32,605 nucleotides of DNA, from positions 1-32,605 of IMG/VR virus record IMGVR_UViG_3300012940_000067. One strand, 5' to 3'. This document shows, piece after piece, positions 1 through 8,465 of this stretch. Position 1 is the stretch's first letter. Each line of letters begins with the position of its first letter. Below the pieces are notes generated by a model. That model saw nothing but the letters and a program-made list of their open reading frames with translations, was not told the origin of the DNA and ran no database searches. The stretch comes from a virus (taxonomy: Duplodnaviria > Caudoviricetes). The position numbers and the translations under genes are program-made.

Positions 1-2626
1 CTAAATCACCAGTGGTAGTTGCAACGGTGCCAACTGAAGCAAATCTGTTTGCAACTCCTACACCAGCAGTCCAGAATCCACTACCAGGCTGTGCGGATGT
101 GGTTTGATTTTGAATATAGTTAGCAGAACCTGAAGCGGGCGCTGCTCCAATATCGCTTGCTGTTAACGTCCTGGTTGTAACACCCGTAACGTGGCCAGCA
201 CTGTTGGTAGTCAACGAGGATAAAACGTTTGCACCTGTCAAGGTCGGCGAGAACGCCGATCCAGCCGGGTGATTATTTGAATGCCACACATCGTAGTAGT
301 TCGAACCTGCGTCGGGTGAGTACTGCGGTGCATTTTGATCAGCAGCGACTAAAAACACCTTCGTCGAACTGCCATCGGTCGATGTCATACTTGCACCTTT
401 TGTATTTCCAAACGTGGCAGTGTAGTCGGTTCCTGCAATATTTCTAATACTGTTATAGCTATAGGAAGTCGTGTTTCCAAAGGCGCCAAGCGTGATATTG
501 TTATTCGCTGTAGTGCCGTTTGCCAACGTCGTGCTGAGGCTACCAATATTTGTGATCGTAAAAGCAGGATTGTTGCCTATTGTCTGAGTAGATCCTGTAA
601 TGTTTATACCGGTACCGGCAGACAGGGAAACTGTTTTGCTCTGCGCAATTAAATCCAACTCGCCGGTCAGGTAATTACTTGTCCAGGGTGACCAGTTCGT
701 ACCGTCGTACCTTAACAGCTGCCCTGTGGTTGGTGCGGTCGTAGCAATACCAATGTTTTGCAGCTTGTTTGCGTTCCAAAGATTTGATCCTGTTTGAGCA
801 GAAAAGGTGTTGCCAGTAAGCGTTAAGCCAGTGCCGGCAGAATAGGAATTTGCGCCTGAATATTGTATAAAAGTTAAGGGAGTAGTATTCAGAATAATGT
901 TGCCACCCGTGGCCAGGCTCCAACCAGTTTTGTTGTTTACATTACCTTCAGAGACAAAAATTTGTGATCCCTGTGCAACTTCATCGACGCTCACAGCATC
1001 GAAATCTGGAGAGCGCGACCACGCCCCGCTACTGGCAATATATATACCATTTTGTGCGCCAGCGGTCTGGTTTTTTACCAATACGCGATCACCTGCGGCA
1101 ACTGTTACGCCGTCGATCGCTTGTAGACCAGACAGCGTAATGTTCGCCGTAGTCGCAACCCTTACTGCATCCCTTTGTTTGTAGCCGGATAGATACCGAT
1201 CATCCAGGTACCCCCAGTCTAATCCAATCGATCTATCAACTGACAAGTCACCACCTCCTGTCATACCGGTGCCAACGCCTAATGTCCTTGTTAACGGTGT
1301 GTACCTGGTATCTGAAAACGACTGCACCCGGGCATTCGAAAAATAGAGATTCATTCCCTCAGGGACGTTAGAGGTTGTTCCATTCCAACCAATTGCACCA
1401 GAGGTAGAATTGTACGTGATGGGAGCTGCTGCAGAAATAGATCCACGTGCTGATTGCGTGAAATTCGTAATATCTGCCGCCACGTGTGTGTGTGCGGAAG
1501 GAGGAAATGTTGTTGGTTTACCGGTTATTTCAGACCAGGTAGGCACATAGGAAATAGGTTTATATCTTCCATCAGCAGCAGCAACCGTAGGCTTGTTTAA
1601 TAGGCTATCCGCCAATCCTGTAATATTCCCCTGCGGTATTCCGGTCATCTTAACAGCGATTACCTGGCCTGAAGTTTTGCGAAACTGCAAAGTATCATTT
1701 GAGCGAAAAACCGAGTCTACCGGATTGCCGATAAACACAGGAAAGTAGCTGCCGTTTTTATATCTGAAAAACAAATTACCTGACGCAAAATCCATCAACG
1801 CTGAATCAATAGCAGAAATCGCCTGCGGGCTTCGCAGAACTAATTTACCAGTGCCATCAGAAGAAATATATTTTGTTGTATCGGTATTTACTAAGCTAGA
1901 TAACTGAACAAATGATGGGTTCAATACCGCATATGCGGTTCCTGAAGCAGTGTTAAACGAAACATTACCCGGGGTGATCTGAGCGTACCCAGATCCGGTA
2001 GAACCTGTAAGGTTAAAAAAGTCTTTACCAGCAGATAAAATGCTGTTGCCGGATGAATCGCTAACCGAGAAAAACGCCTGCCTTAAAACTCCAACTGGAA
2101 TACCTTTGGCGTAAAATGTAAATTCTCCCTGTTTACCATTAGGCGTGTATACATACCCAGAAAATGAACTGTCAAGCTCTGTAAAGCCGATACGCTGATC
2201 TGCATCCGCTAATCTGAATACAGAACCCGCCTTAACGCCGCTGTTCAGAGAAAATACATACCCTTTAGTTTTTATATCAGTGTTTTGATTGAGCGAATCC
2301 CCTAATTGAAATGTATTGCCCGCAAGATGAATACCGTTATTACCGAAATACACACCGCCGCTACCGCCTGTTATCGTACTCCAACTAACCCCATTCCACA
2401 CTCGTACAGGAGGATTAGCAGAATGGCCTATTGTGTCAGCCGGCAAGATGACCAACGCCCCAACGCGGTTAGGAAGAAAGCCTGTTGTATCGCGAACAGG
2501 AATGTAAAGGCCTCCATCAAACAAGATGTTACCCGGATACATATAATCTCCGTAAACGGGTTGAGGCTCCTGAGCTTTTGCCAGGAAGGGGAGAAGCAGG
2601 GTTAATAAACAAATAAGTCTTTTCAT
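1..2626 (-). CDS. Large tail-fibre-like protein with an N-terminal Sec signal peptide (3' end outside window; absent from the supplied ORF track)
   Basis: Manual translation: ATG at 2626 overlaps the upstream stop (TAATG) and the frame stays open for 875 codons to the window edge. It starts MKRLICLLTLLLPFLAKA-Q. Fibre motifs include WSEITGKPTTFPPSAHTHVAADIT, TTSNVPEGMNLYFSNAR, GTGMTGGGDLSVDR, VRVATTANITLSGLQAIDGVTVAAGDRVLVKNQT and VWHSNN. Confidence 0.88.
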   Translation of the reverse strand, partial: MKRLICLLTLLLPFLAKAQEPQPVYGDYMYPGNILFDGGLYIPVRDTTGFLPNRVGALVILPADTIGHSANPPVRVWNGVSWSTITGGSGGVYFGNNGIHLAGNTFQLGDSLNQNTDIKTKGYVFSLNSGVKAGSVFRLADADQRIGFTELDSSFSGYVYTPNGKQGEFTFYAKGIPVGVLRQAFFSVSDSSGNSILSAGKDFFNLTGSTGSGYAQITPGNVSFNTASGTAYAVLNPSFVQLSSLVNTDTTKYISSDGTGKLVLRSPQAISAIDSALMDFASGNLFFRYKNGSYFPVFIGNPVDSVFRSNDTLQFRKTSGQVIAVKMTGIPQGNITGLADSLLNKPTVAAADGRYKPISYVPTWSEITGKPTTFPPSAHTHVAADITNFTQSARGSISAAAPITYNSTSGAIGWNGTTSNVPEGMNLYFSNARVQSFSDTRYTPLTRTLGVGTGMTGGGDLSVDRSIGLDWGYLDDRYLSGYKQRDAVRVATTANITLSGLQAIDGVTVAAGDRVLVKNQTAGAQNGIYIASSGAWSRSPDFDAVSVDEVAQGSQIFVSEGNVNNKTGWSLATGGNIILNTTPLTFIQYSGANSYSAGTGLTLTGNTFSAQTGSNLWNANKLQNIGIATTAPTTGQLLRYDGTNWSPWTSNYLTGELDLIAQSKTVSLSAGTGINITGSTQTIGNNPAFTITNIGSLSTTLANGTTANNNITLGAFGNTTSYSYNSIRNIAGTDYTATFGNTKGASMTSTDGSSTKVFLVAADQNAPQYSPDAGSNYYDVWHSNNHPAGSAFSPTLTGANVLSSLTTNSAGHVTGVTTRTLTASDIGAAPASGSANYIQNQTTSAQPGSGFWTAGVGVANRFASVGTVATTTGDL

Positions 2627-3210
2627 TATACAGTTATCATTTCTTGATATAATACAAATAGCGTTTGCCCTTTAAACACGCCTTTCGGTATGCTCACCTG
2701 GCTGGTGTTCGGGTTCCAGGTGTATTCCGTAGGCTTAAGCGGTTTCGTCTCTAACTCAATCTGAAGAATGCTTTTATTCGTCAAGGGGTTGCCGTTAATA
2801 TCTGCCAGGGTGATCAGTGTTTCGTTGTTCGCTCCGGCAGTGTAGTAGGTTTCACTCGTTTTCTGATATACTGACATAGTCGGGTTTGTTGGTATATAAG
2901 GGTTTGACGGGTTTTGATTCGGGTTTGTATTACCGTTAGGATTCTGATCCACGATCGCCAGTACATTTCCATTGTTACCGAAATTGGTAGCATACTTAAC
3001 CCCGGATAGCGTTATTTTCTGATATACATTAACATCTACTACCAGTTCGTCGTCGTAGGTGAAATTTTGACCAGATAGGGGCGTATCGTTAGCATTATCC
3101 ACACCACTATCTTGTAACAGCTTGTAAAACTGATCCAAGGTGCCATAGCAATTCAAGCATACATCCAGTAGGCTTTGCCCATAAACCGCCGTAAACGTTT
3201 GAATCGCCAT
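2626..3210 (-). CDS. Baseplate LysM-like (P2 gpX-like) protein with an extra C-terminal beta domain
   Basis: N-terminal GQSLLDVCLNCYGTLD is LysM-like. An N/P-rich linker precedes a second domain. The gene lies after the gp25-like gene. Confidence 0.65.
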   Translation of the reverse strand: MAIQTFTAVYGQSLLDVCLNCYGTLDQFYKLLQDSGVDNANDTPLSGQNFTYDDELVVDVNVYQKITLSGVKYATNFGNNGNVLAIVDQNPNGNTNPNQNPSNPYIPTNPTMSVYQKTSETYYTAGANNETLITLADINGNPLTNKSILQIELETKPLKPTEYTWNPNTSQVSIPKGVFKGQTLFVLYQEMITV

Positions 3211-3213
3211 TTT

Positions 3214-3519
3214 TTAGTCTTTTGTCGCGTTTGGGTTGATCGTTATACTGTCCTGGGTTACCTCGATAATCGGATTTGTAACAGTATACCCATCCGATAC
3301 CAGGTTCAGTTTAATAGCCTTCTGTAGCTGCTGTTGCTGACCTGCTGAATTTAAGTAAGTGAATACGCCTACGCCGTCCGGAGGGTTTTCTTTCCACCAT
3401 CCGGGGAACGCGTTAATCGTATCCATGATGTGTTGTTCATCACTTTCGCCTATTACGAAATCGCCATTTCGGATAAGCAGATCGTTATGCATTAGCGCTA
3501 TGTCCTGATTAGCTGCCAT
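3214..3519 (-). CDS. Putative baseplate sheath initiator (gp25/Mu gp46-like)
   Basis: 101 aa with GDFVIGESDEQH...PGWWKENP.DGVG; directly follows the spike gene. Confidence 0.6.
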   Translation of the reverse strand: MAANQDIALMHNDLLIRNGDFVIGESDEQHIMDTINAFPGWWKENPPDGVGVFTYLNSAGQQQQLQKAIKLNLVSDGYTVTNPIIEVTQDSITINPNATKD

Positions 3520-4078
3520 GAACTATTTTTTCGTTTTCAATTTCTTTTTGTTGTGTAGGGGTGAGTGGATTTGGTGTCGGTACTATGATAGCCCCGGTGC
3601 TGCTAGGCCCAGGCGTAACCCCTGGGTGAGTATGCGTTTTATATGCTTCAATAACCTCATTCACCTTATTTTCCAGGGCATTCAGTTTTTTAGTCAGCTC
3701 TACTACCTTAACCAGCCCGGCGAAACTGCCGTCGTTCAGGATAATCTTACCCCGCAATATATCCAGGACAGAATCCCCTACAACAGTATAAACCCTGTCA
3801 AGCTCACTGAACATAGCGACATACGGCTCTACGTACTTACTCATTACGATAATAACCGTACTACCAACCGCAGGAACGTATAACACGCCGTCGTCAACTT
3901 CAGCCATGAGCTGGACGCCAAGTAAATCAGCGACCGCCGTACCGGTTATATTCGAGCAGTCACAAGTACGCTTTGCAACGTCAACCGCAGTCACTGTTGC
4001 TACAACAAGTGATGTTTGATCTAGCAGGTCCGTACCCGCTAATTTTCTTATCGCTTCTCTTATAAGTGCATCGCTCAT
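3509..4078 (-). CDS. Baseplate central spike (P2 gpV/Mu gp45-like)
   Basis: OB-fold-like N-terminus (VTAVD...PAVGSTV) and C-terminal HTH metal-binding tip motif; follows the hub gene. Confidence 0.75.
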   Translation of the reverse strand: MSDALIREAIRKLAGTDLLDQTSLVVATVTAVDVAKRTCDCSNITGTAVADLLGVQLMAEVDDGVLYVPAVGSTVIIVMSKYVEPYVAMFSELDRVYTVVGDSVLDILRGKIILNDGSFAGLVKVVELTKKLNALENKVNEVIEAYKTHTHPGVTPGPSSTGAIIVPTPNPLTPTQQKEIENEKIVHGS

Positions 4079-5292
4079 ATAACCTTTCCTTTTTTATCTA
4101 ATTTAGCTACCTGGTAGTCCAGAGTTATTATTTGCCTCATTCCATTTACGCCGCCTGTTCTGTTCACTGCTTTCACTTTATACCTGCCATTGCGCTCTGG
4201 TAGTACATCGTCCAGTATATCTACGTTATCCCCTTGTTGAACATAAGGGATGCCGAACGTTGTGAACTTGCCCCTGAAGCCAGTGTAGTAGTATTTCTGA
4301 AGTTCTTTTTTAGCCAGGTCAATCAGTTCTGAAGCGGATCTAACATCCCAAAAATACAACGTTCGTCTTTCACCAGCAGTATTAGGCGCAAAATCTGCCC
4401 TTTGGCCTGGCGGCTTTGCCTTTCCTACAAACTCACCATTCTGCTGCGTGACCAGAACTTCTAAACGCTCTTTTTTCGTCTTAGCGCTGCCATCTTTCGT
4501 GGTCCCTTGTACTTCCTGCTTATTGATCGAATAAGCGATGGCAGATAACAATACATCGTCTCTTCGTTTATAGTCAAGCTCATCAGAAATTATATTCTGT
4601 TGAAACTTAAACAGCTTTACGCCGCTGGCGATTGCGTCACTTTCCAGGTAAACCTGGGCGCCGCTACGCAGCTCATTACCCCTGAAGTAGCTTTCAAAAT
4701 GGTAATCTTTCCGCAGCCTGGCTAGTACCTCGCAAACCGTTTCGTTTTGCGTTCTAAATGCGCCGAAAGTCGTTTTGGTCAACGCGTTTACTGTAAAGTC
4801 TGTTCCCTTAAGCAGATCCCTTAGAATATCTTCCAGGGTTGCTGTTGGAGGGTATGTCTTGTTAGGCGCAATAAGCTGCTTAAGTTTCCACATATTATCT
4901 TCGCACTCCAGGACAATTGGTTTCTTACTCGAAACCTGAGAGATGTAACCCGTAAACAGAACGCTCGTTTTAAGCACATCGTTACCGCTTTTACTCTTAT
5001 ACCTGTACCCGCCTTCAATTGTAACCTTATCACCTCTTAAAAATACTGGCACGTTGCTTGAAAAGCCGCCAACGTTAACCGCAGGACCGCTAAGAGACAC
5101 AAGGCCGCCGTTCCCGTTCCGGACATATATGTTTTTAGGGATAGTAATTTTTGCTTTATTGGTTAAATCAGTCCAAGTGTCTGACGCTTCGTATTCAGTA
5201 ACAAAATCAAGTAATAGAACAGACTTCCGATTGGGAAAATCGGCCGTTGGCTGTTGTGTTATTTTGATATTTGTTACTACTCTATACATCAC
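4075..5292 (-). CDS. Baseplate hub (P2 gpD/Mu gp44-like)
   Basis: 405 aa with GDKVTIEGGY, LFTGYISQV, LECEDNMWKLK and GKFTTFGIP motifs; position in the tail operon. Confidence 0.75.
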   Translation of the reverse strand: MMYRVVTNIKITQQPTADFPNRKSVLLLDFVTEYEASDTWTDLTNKAKITIPKNIYVRNGNGGLVSLSGPAVNVGGFSSNVPVFLRGDKVTIEGGYRYKSKSGNDVLKTSVLFTGYISQVSSKKPIVLECEDNMWKLKQLIAPNKTYPPTATLEDILRDLLKGTDFTVNALTKTTFGAFRTQNETVCEVLARLRKDYHFESYFRGNELRSGAQVYLESDAIASGVKLFKFQQNIISDELDYKRRDDVLLSAIAYSINKQEVQGTTKDGSAKTKKERLEVLVTQQNGEFVGKAKPPGQRADFAPNTAGERRTLYFWDVRSASELIDLAKKELQKYYYTGFRGKFTTFGIPYVQQGDNVDILDDVLPERNGRYKVKAVNRTGGVNGMRQIITLDYQVAKLDKKGKVI

Positions 5293-5875
5293 TTATCTGT
5301 AATTCAATTGGAATGTCTGAAATGGCATTAATTGTAAATATCTGCTGGCTATATCCTCCTGGCTCCTGTGCTACAGTGAAATCGGTAATCACTATGTCGT
5401 ATATATCCAAGTTCTGCAAGTATGAGCTTGTAACACGGATCGGTACGGGGGCATCTACCATTCTTTTTAGTGCGATTACATCATCAGCCGGGTAAGATCC
5501 GTTTTTGCCGGTTAAAATGCCGTTTATGGTTATCTGGTAATCTCCCTGCCCTATGTACTCTTTAACCGTACCGTTTCCGCCCTGTATTGGCGTTGTGACG
5601 ATATTTTTAGGCAGCGTTACAGCTATTAACACGGTTACAAGTCGCACAGCTGGTACCACAAACCTGCGGGAATCACCGACATCATACGACACGCTTTCAA
5701 ATGTCAGATCGGTTACTACCGGGGTGCCAAGCATAGACTGGTACAACGCTTTGTCCTGATAGGTTGTCTGATCTATTTTGCCTTCGTATTTGTTAGGCAA
5801 AACTTTCATCACCCGCACATTCTGCATATTGTACGCCCTGAGTAATTGCCCTGCTGTTGTTAATTCTGATGCCAT
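5282..5875 (-). CDS. Tail tube initiator-like protein (DUF6046-type)
   Basis: KNIVTTPIQG.NGTVKEYI..GDYQITING motif; immediately after the tape measure gene with a TAATG overlap. Confidence 0.65.
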   Translation of the reverse strand: MASELTTAGQLLRAYNMQNVRVMKVLPNKYEGKIDQTTYQDKALYQSMLGTPVVTDLTFESVSYDVGDSRRFVVPAVRLVTVLIAVTLPKNIVTTPIQGGNGTVKEYIGQGDYQITINGILTGKNGSYPADDVIALKRMVDAPVPIRVTSSYLQNLDIYDIVITDFTVAQEPGGYSQQIFTINAISDIPIELQISDV

Positions 5876-7515
5876 TACTGCCCCGCAACTATTTGTGAAT
5901 CATTTACAGCGCTTAATAGCGCCTGGGTTACAACTTCTTTAACCTTAGTAGCTCCTTCAGTTAAATTGGTTGTCTTAATCTGAAAATCTCTGATCAGATT
6001 ATCTATTTTGATGTTAATTGTGTAGGATTTTGTGCCTGTTACCTTAGATGTTCCAGTATCTGTGGTTACTTGTTGTGGAGTTTGGCCGCCTCCTTTTCCA
6101 ATAGGAGCCAAGGTTTTAGGCGTGCCGACTTTTTCTTCTTCCTTTTTATCTTTTTCAAAATCGGCTATGCCTTCCTTATACCCCCGGGTAGCTGCTTCAC
6201 CGATACGTTTGTAGGCCCCAAACGTCGCACTTTCCAACTCTCCCCATCCCTTTTTAACCGTATCCAAGTCTAAGGTTAATGTTCCGGTTATGATGTGGTA
6301 CAGCCCCTTGAAGTAATCGACGATAATGCTGCCAAATTCCTTAATAACCGCCCATAACGCCCAAAGGCCACCACGGAACCATCCGAGCCTATTATATGCC
6401 CAGGTAACTGCGGCCGCTAGTGCTGCAAGGCCTGTTATAATTAGGCCGATTGGGTTTGCTGCAAAAGCTGCGTTCAGTAATACCTGCATCCCAGCGAGTG
6501 TTTTAGTAGCAGCAGAAGCCGTAAGCATTCCATCCCCTAAAAGCGTGATACTTGCGTATTGTATAGTTTCCCATAACACAGACGCTTTGGTGATAACAAG
6601 TGACGCTAACATTACGCCTTTATATGCAACCCAAGCTGCGGCAGCGATACCTAGTGTGATAGCTATATCTTTCAATAAATCACGGTTACGTACCGACCAA
6701 TCCCATGCTTCCCCGAGCATCTGCACAAAGTCGGCAGCAGTGCTGATCATGGCGTCAAACGCCGGTTTGAGATCATTGAACATCCTAACCTTTAACTGGA
6801 AAATGGAATCTTCTACATTGCTGATTTGTACTGAAGTGTTTTTGGACATGTTTTCCAAGCCGTTTGCATATAGGCCGCCTGCCTCATGCGCTTTTTTAAG
6901 TGCGTAGGTCAGCATGTCGTAAGTAACTTCCATATCCTGGACATCTTTCGTATGCTTTCCCGTAGCTTCGGCGAGGATCCCGTATATGTTAATGCCGGCA
7001 AACGCAAACTGTTTGATATCCGCCGCAGAGGCTTTACCAACGTTTTTGATCTGCTGTAGATTCACAACCATGCGGTTCAGCTCATCATCACCGCCGCCAG
7101 TTGCAGAAATAGCATTGGCCAGATCCAGGACGGTTTGCCTAGCCTCTTCAGCATTCACATTCGCGGAAATCAGCGCCTTATTTGCGTTCAAAAGACCTTC
7201 AAAGCCAAGAGGGGTACGCATCGCATCTTCCATTGTGTTTTGGATAACCCTGGCTGCAGCGTCTGAATCCCTGAGTAAGGTAGTCAGCCCTGTACGGGCA
7301 TTTTCAACTTTACTGCCGGCGTCGATAACACCAGCAGTAAAATTTTTAATCTCGTTTAGTCCAAAGGCTAAACCTATACCCGCGCCAACCTTCATGATAG
7401 TGGACTGTAGACTGCCCATCGTACCTTCAAGGTGCTGGGCTGTGCCATCTATCGATTTTAGTTGGTTCGTGATCAGGTCACGCAACGATAAGGTATATAC
7501 TACTGATTCGTTCAC
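5875..7515 (-). CDS. Tail tape measure protein
   Basis: 546 aa, Ala-rich and helical. Tape-measure domain (TPLGF...GGGDDELNR...QIKNVGK...DIKQFA.AGI) and an ANPIGLII hydrophobic segment; GTG start. Confidence 0.9.
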   Translation of the reverse strand: MNESVVYTLSLRDLITNQLKSIDGTAQHLEGTMGSLQSTIMKVGAGIGLAFGLNEIKNFTAGVIDAGSKVENARTGLTTLLRDSDAAARVIQNTMEDAMRTPLGFEGLLNANKALISANVNAEEARQTVLDLANAISATGGGDDELNRMVVNLQQIKNVGKASAADIKQFAFAGINIYGILAEATGKHTKDVQDMEVTYDMLTYALKKAHEAGGLYANGLENMSKNTSVQISNVEDSIFQLKVRMFNDLKPAFDAMISTAADFVQMLGEAWDWSVRNRDLLKDIAITLGIAAAAWVAYKGVMLASLVITKASVLWETIQYASITLLGDGMLTASAATKTLAGMQVLLNAAFAANPIGLIITGLAALAAAVTWAYNRLGWFRGGLWALWAVIKEFGSIIVDYFKGLYHIITGTLTLDLDTVKKGWGELESATFGAYKRIGEAATRGYKEGIADFEKDKKEEEKVGTPKTLAPIGKGGGQTPQQVTTDTGTSKVTGTKSYTINIKIDNLIRDFQIKTTNLTEGATKVKEVVTQALLSAVNDSQIVAGQ

Positions 7516-7522
7516 TGGCTGT

Positions 7523-7687
7523 TTATTCCATTTGTCCGGTTTTCTTTAAGGCGTATCGAAGCATTCCCCAGTAACGAATAAGTTCATCTTCGTTTAGGGT
7601 GTCGGGGTCAATTCTAAGATAATAGAGGATGTAGGCCTGTATTTTCTGAAACTCGCCACTACCATCAGTAATGGTAGCTTCGTCTAT
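7523..7687 (-). CDS. -1 frameshift extension of the tail assembly chaperone (gpGT-like)
   Basis: The -1 frame after the A9 run reads IDEATITDGSGEFQKIQAYILYYLRIDPDTLNEDELIRYWGMLRYALKKTGQME* (54 aa). It fills the chaperone-to-TMP gap and has no 5' start codon of its own. Confidence 0.8.
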   Translation of the reverse strand: MDEATITDGSGEFQKIQAYILYYLRIDPDTLNEDELIRYWGMLRYALKKTGQME

Positions 7688-8037
7688 TTTTTTTTATAAA
7701 CGTTAACTGCGAACTTTACCAAGTCCTGCGCAGCAACGGCAGCCCCCAGATTGTATTTATCGTTTTCCGGGGCCTCACTCATAATCCGCGGATCGCTTTC
7801 TTCGGGAATGATTGTGAGTTCTAACAAATCGTGTGCAGCCGACAATACCGCGCCGCTTAACGCCTTATCCAGGATCCTGGTTTTGGCAAGCCTGTTAGGT
7901 TCTTTCAGGTATCCGATCACTTGTTCGCCGGTGTCTGGCTCTTCAAAAACAATCGGGGTTACCTTTACACCGTGCTTTTCTGTGAGTTCGGCGGCTCTCT
8001 GTTCAATTTGTTCTGAGGTCAGTTTGGAATTTTTCAT
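7684..8037 (-). CDS. Tail assembly chaperone (gpG-like)
   Basis: 117 aa between the tube and tape measure genes; ends TAT AAA AAA AAA TAG, a slippery site. Confidence 0.8.
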   Translation of the reverse strand: MKNSKLTSEQIEQRAAELTEKHGVKVTPIVFEEPDTGEQVIGYLKEPNRLAKTRILDKALSGAVLSAAHDLLELTIIPEESDPRIMSEAPENDKYNLGAAVAAQDLVKFAVNVYKKK

Positions 8038-8040
8038 ATA

Positions 8041-8463
8041 CTACAGGTGATCTATTTTACCAATGATTAGTGGCAGGCTTACGATTAGTTTTGTGTCGTT
8101 TTGGGCAGCTTCCAAACCTTCTTCAGTAAACTCACACGCCCTCAAAATGTCACGTGATGTACTGGCTATGCTGTTACCAAATAAAACTGGAATATCAAAC
8201 ATCCCAATTTGCAGAGGATCCCGGTTCGGCGCAGCGGCAATGATCCTGCGCAGTTCGTCCTGGTAGATATCAATACTGCCTTCCGGCTCTATCTGCCCGT
8301 AGCCACGGGAGATAGGGTGATTGCCCGCACCGTAGTTGTTCGTTTTGTTCTGCTTGTTCTTGTATGTGATTTTGGTGATACCAACAACAGGTACACCAAA
8401 CAGCACGAGTTTTATATCTGCCCAAGAGTAATTAACTCCGTTTATAAGTGCGACTGCGGCCAT
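8041..8463 (-). CDS. Tail tube protein
   Basis: 140 aa with INGVNYSWADI...GITKITY...YGAGNHP..RGYG; directly after the sheath gene. Confidence 0.8.
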   Translation of the reverse strand: MAAVALINGVNYSWADIKLVLFGVPVVGITKITYKNKQNKTNNYGAGNHPISRGYGQIEPEGSIDIYQDELRRIIAAAPNRDPLQIGMFDIPVLFGNSIASTSRDILRACEFTEEGLEAAQNDTKLIVSLPLIIGKIDHL

Positions 8464-8465
8464 GG

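Noticed and set aside
2573-2626. Lipoprotein (SPII) reading of the fibre signal peptide
   Set aside because: The only Cys is at position 6, at the start of the hydrophobic core. The AKA|Q site fits SPI instead.
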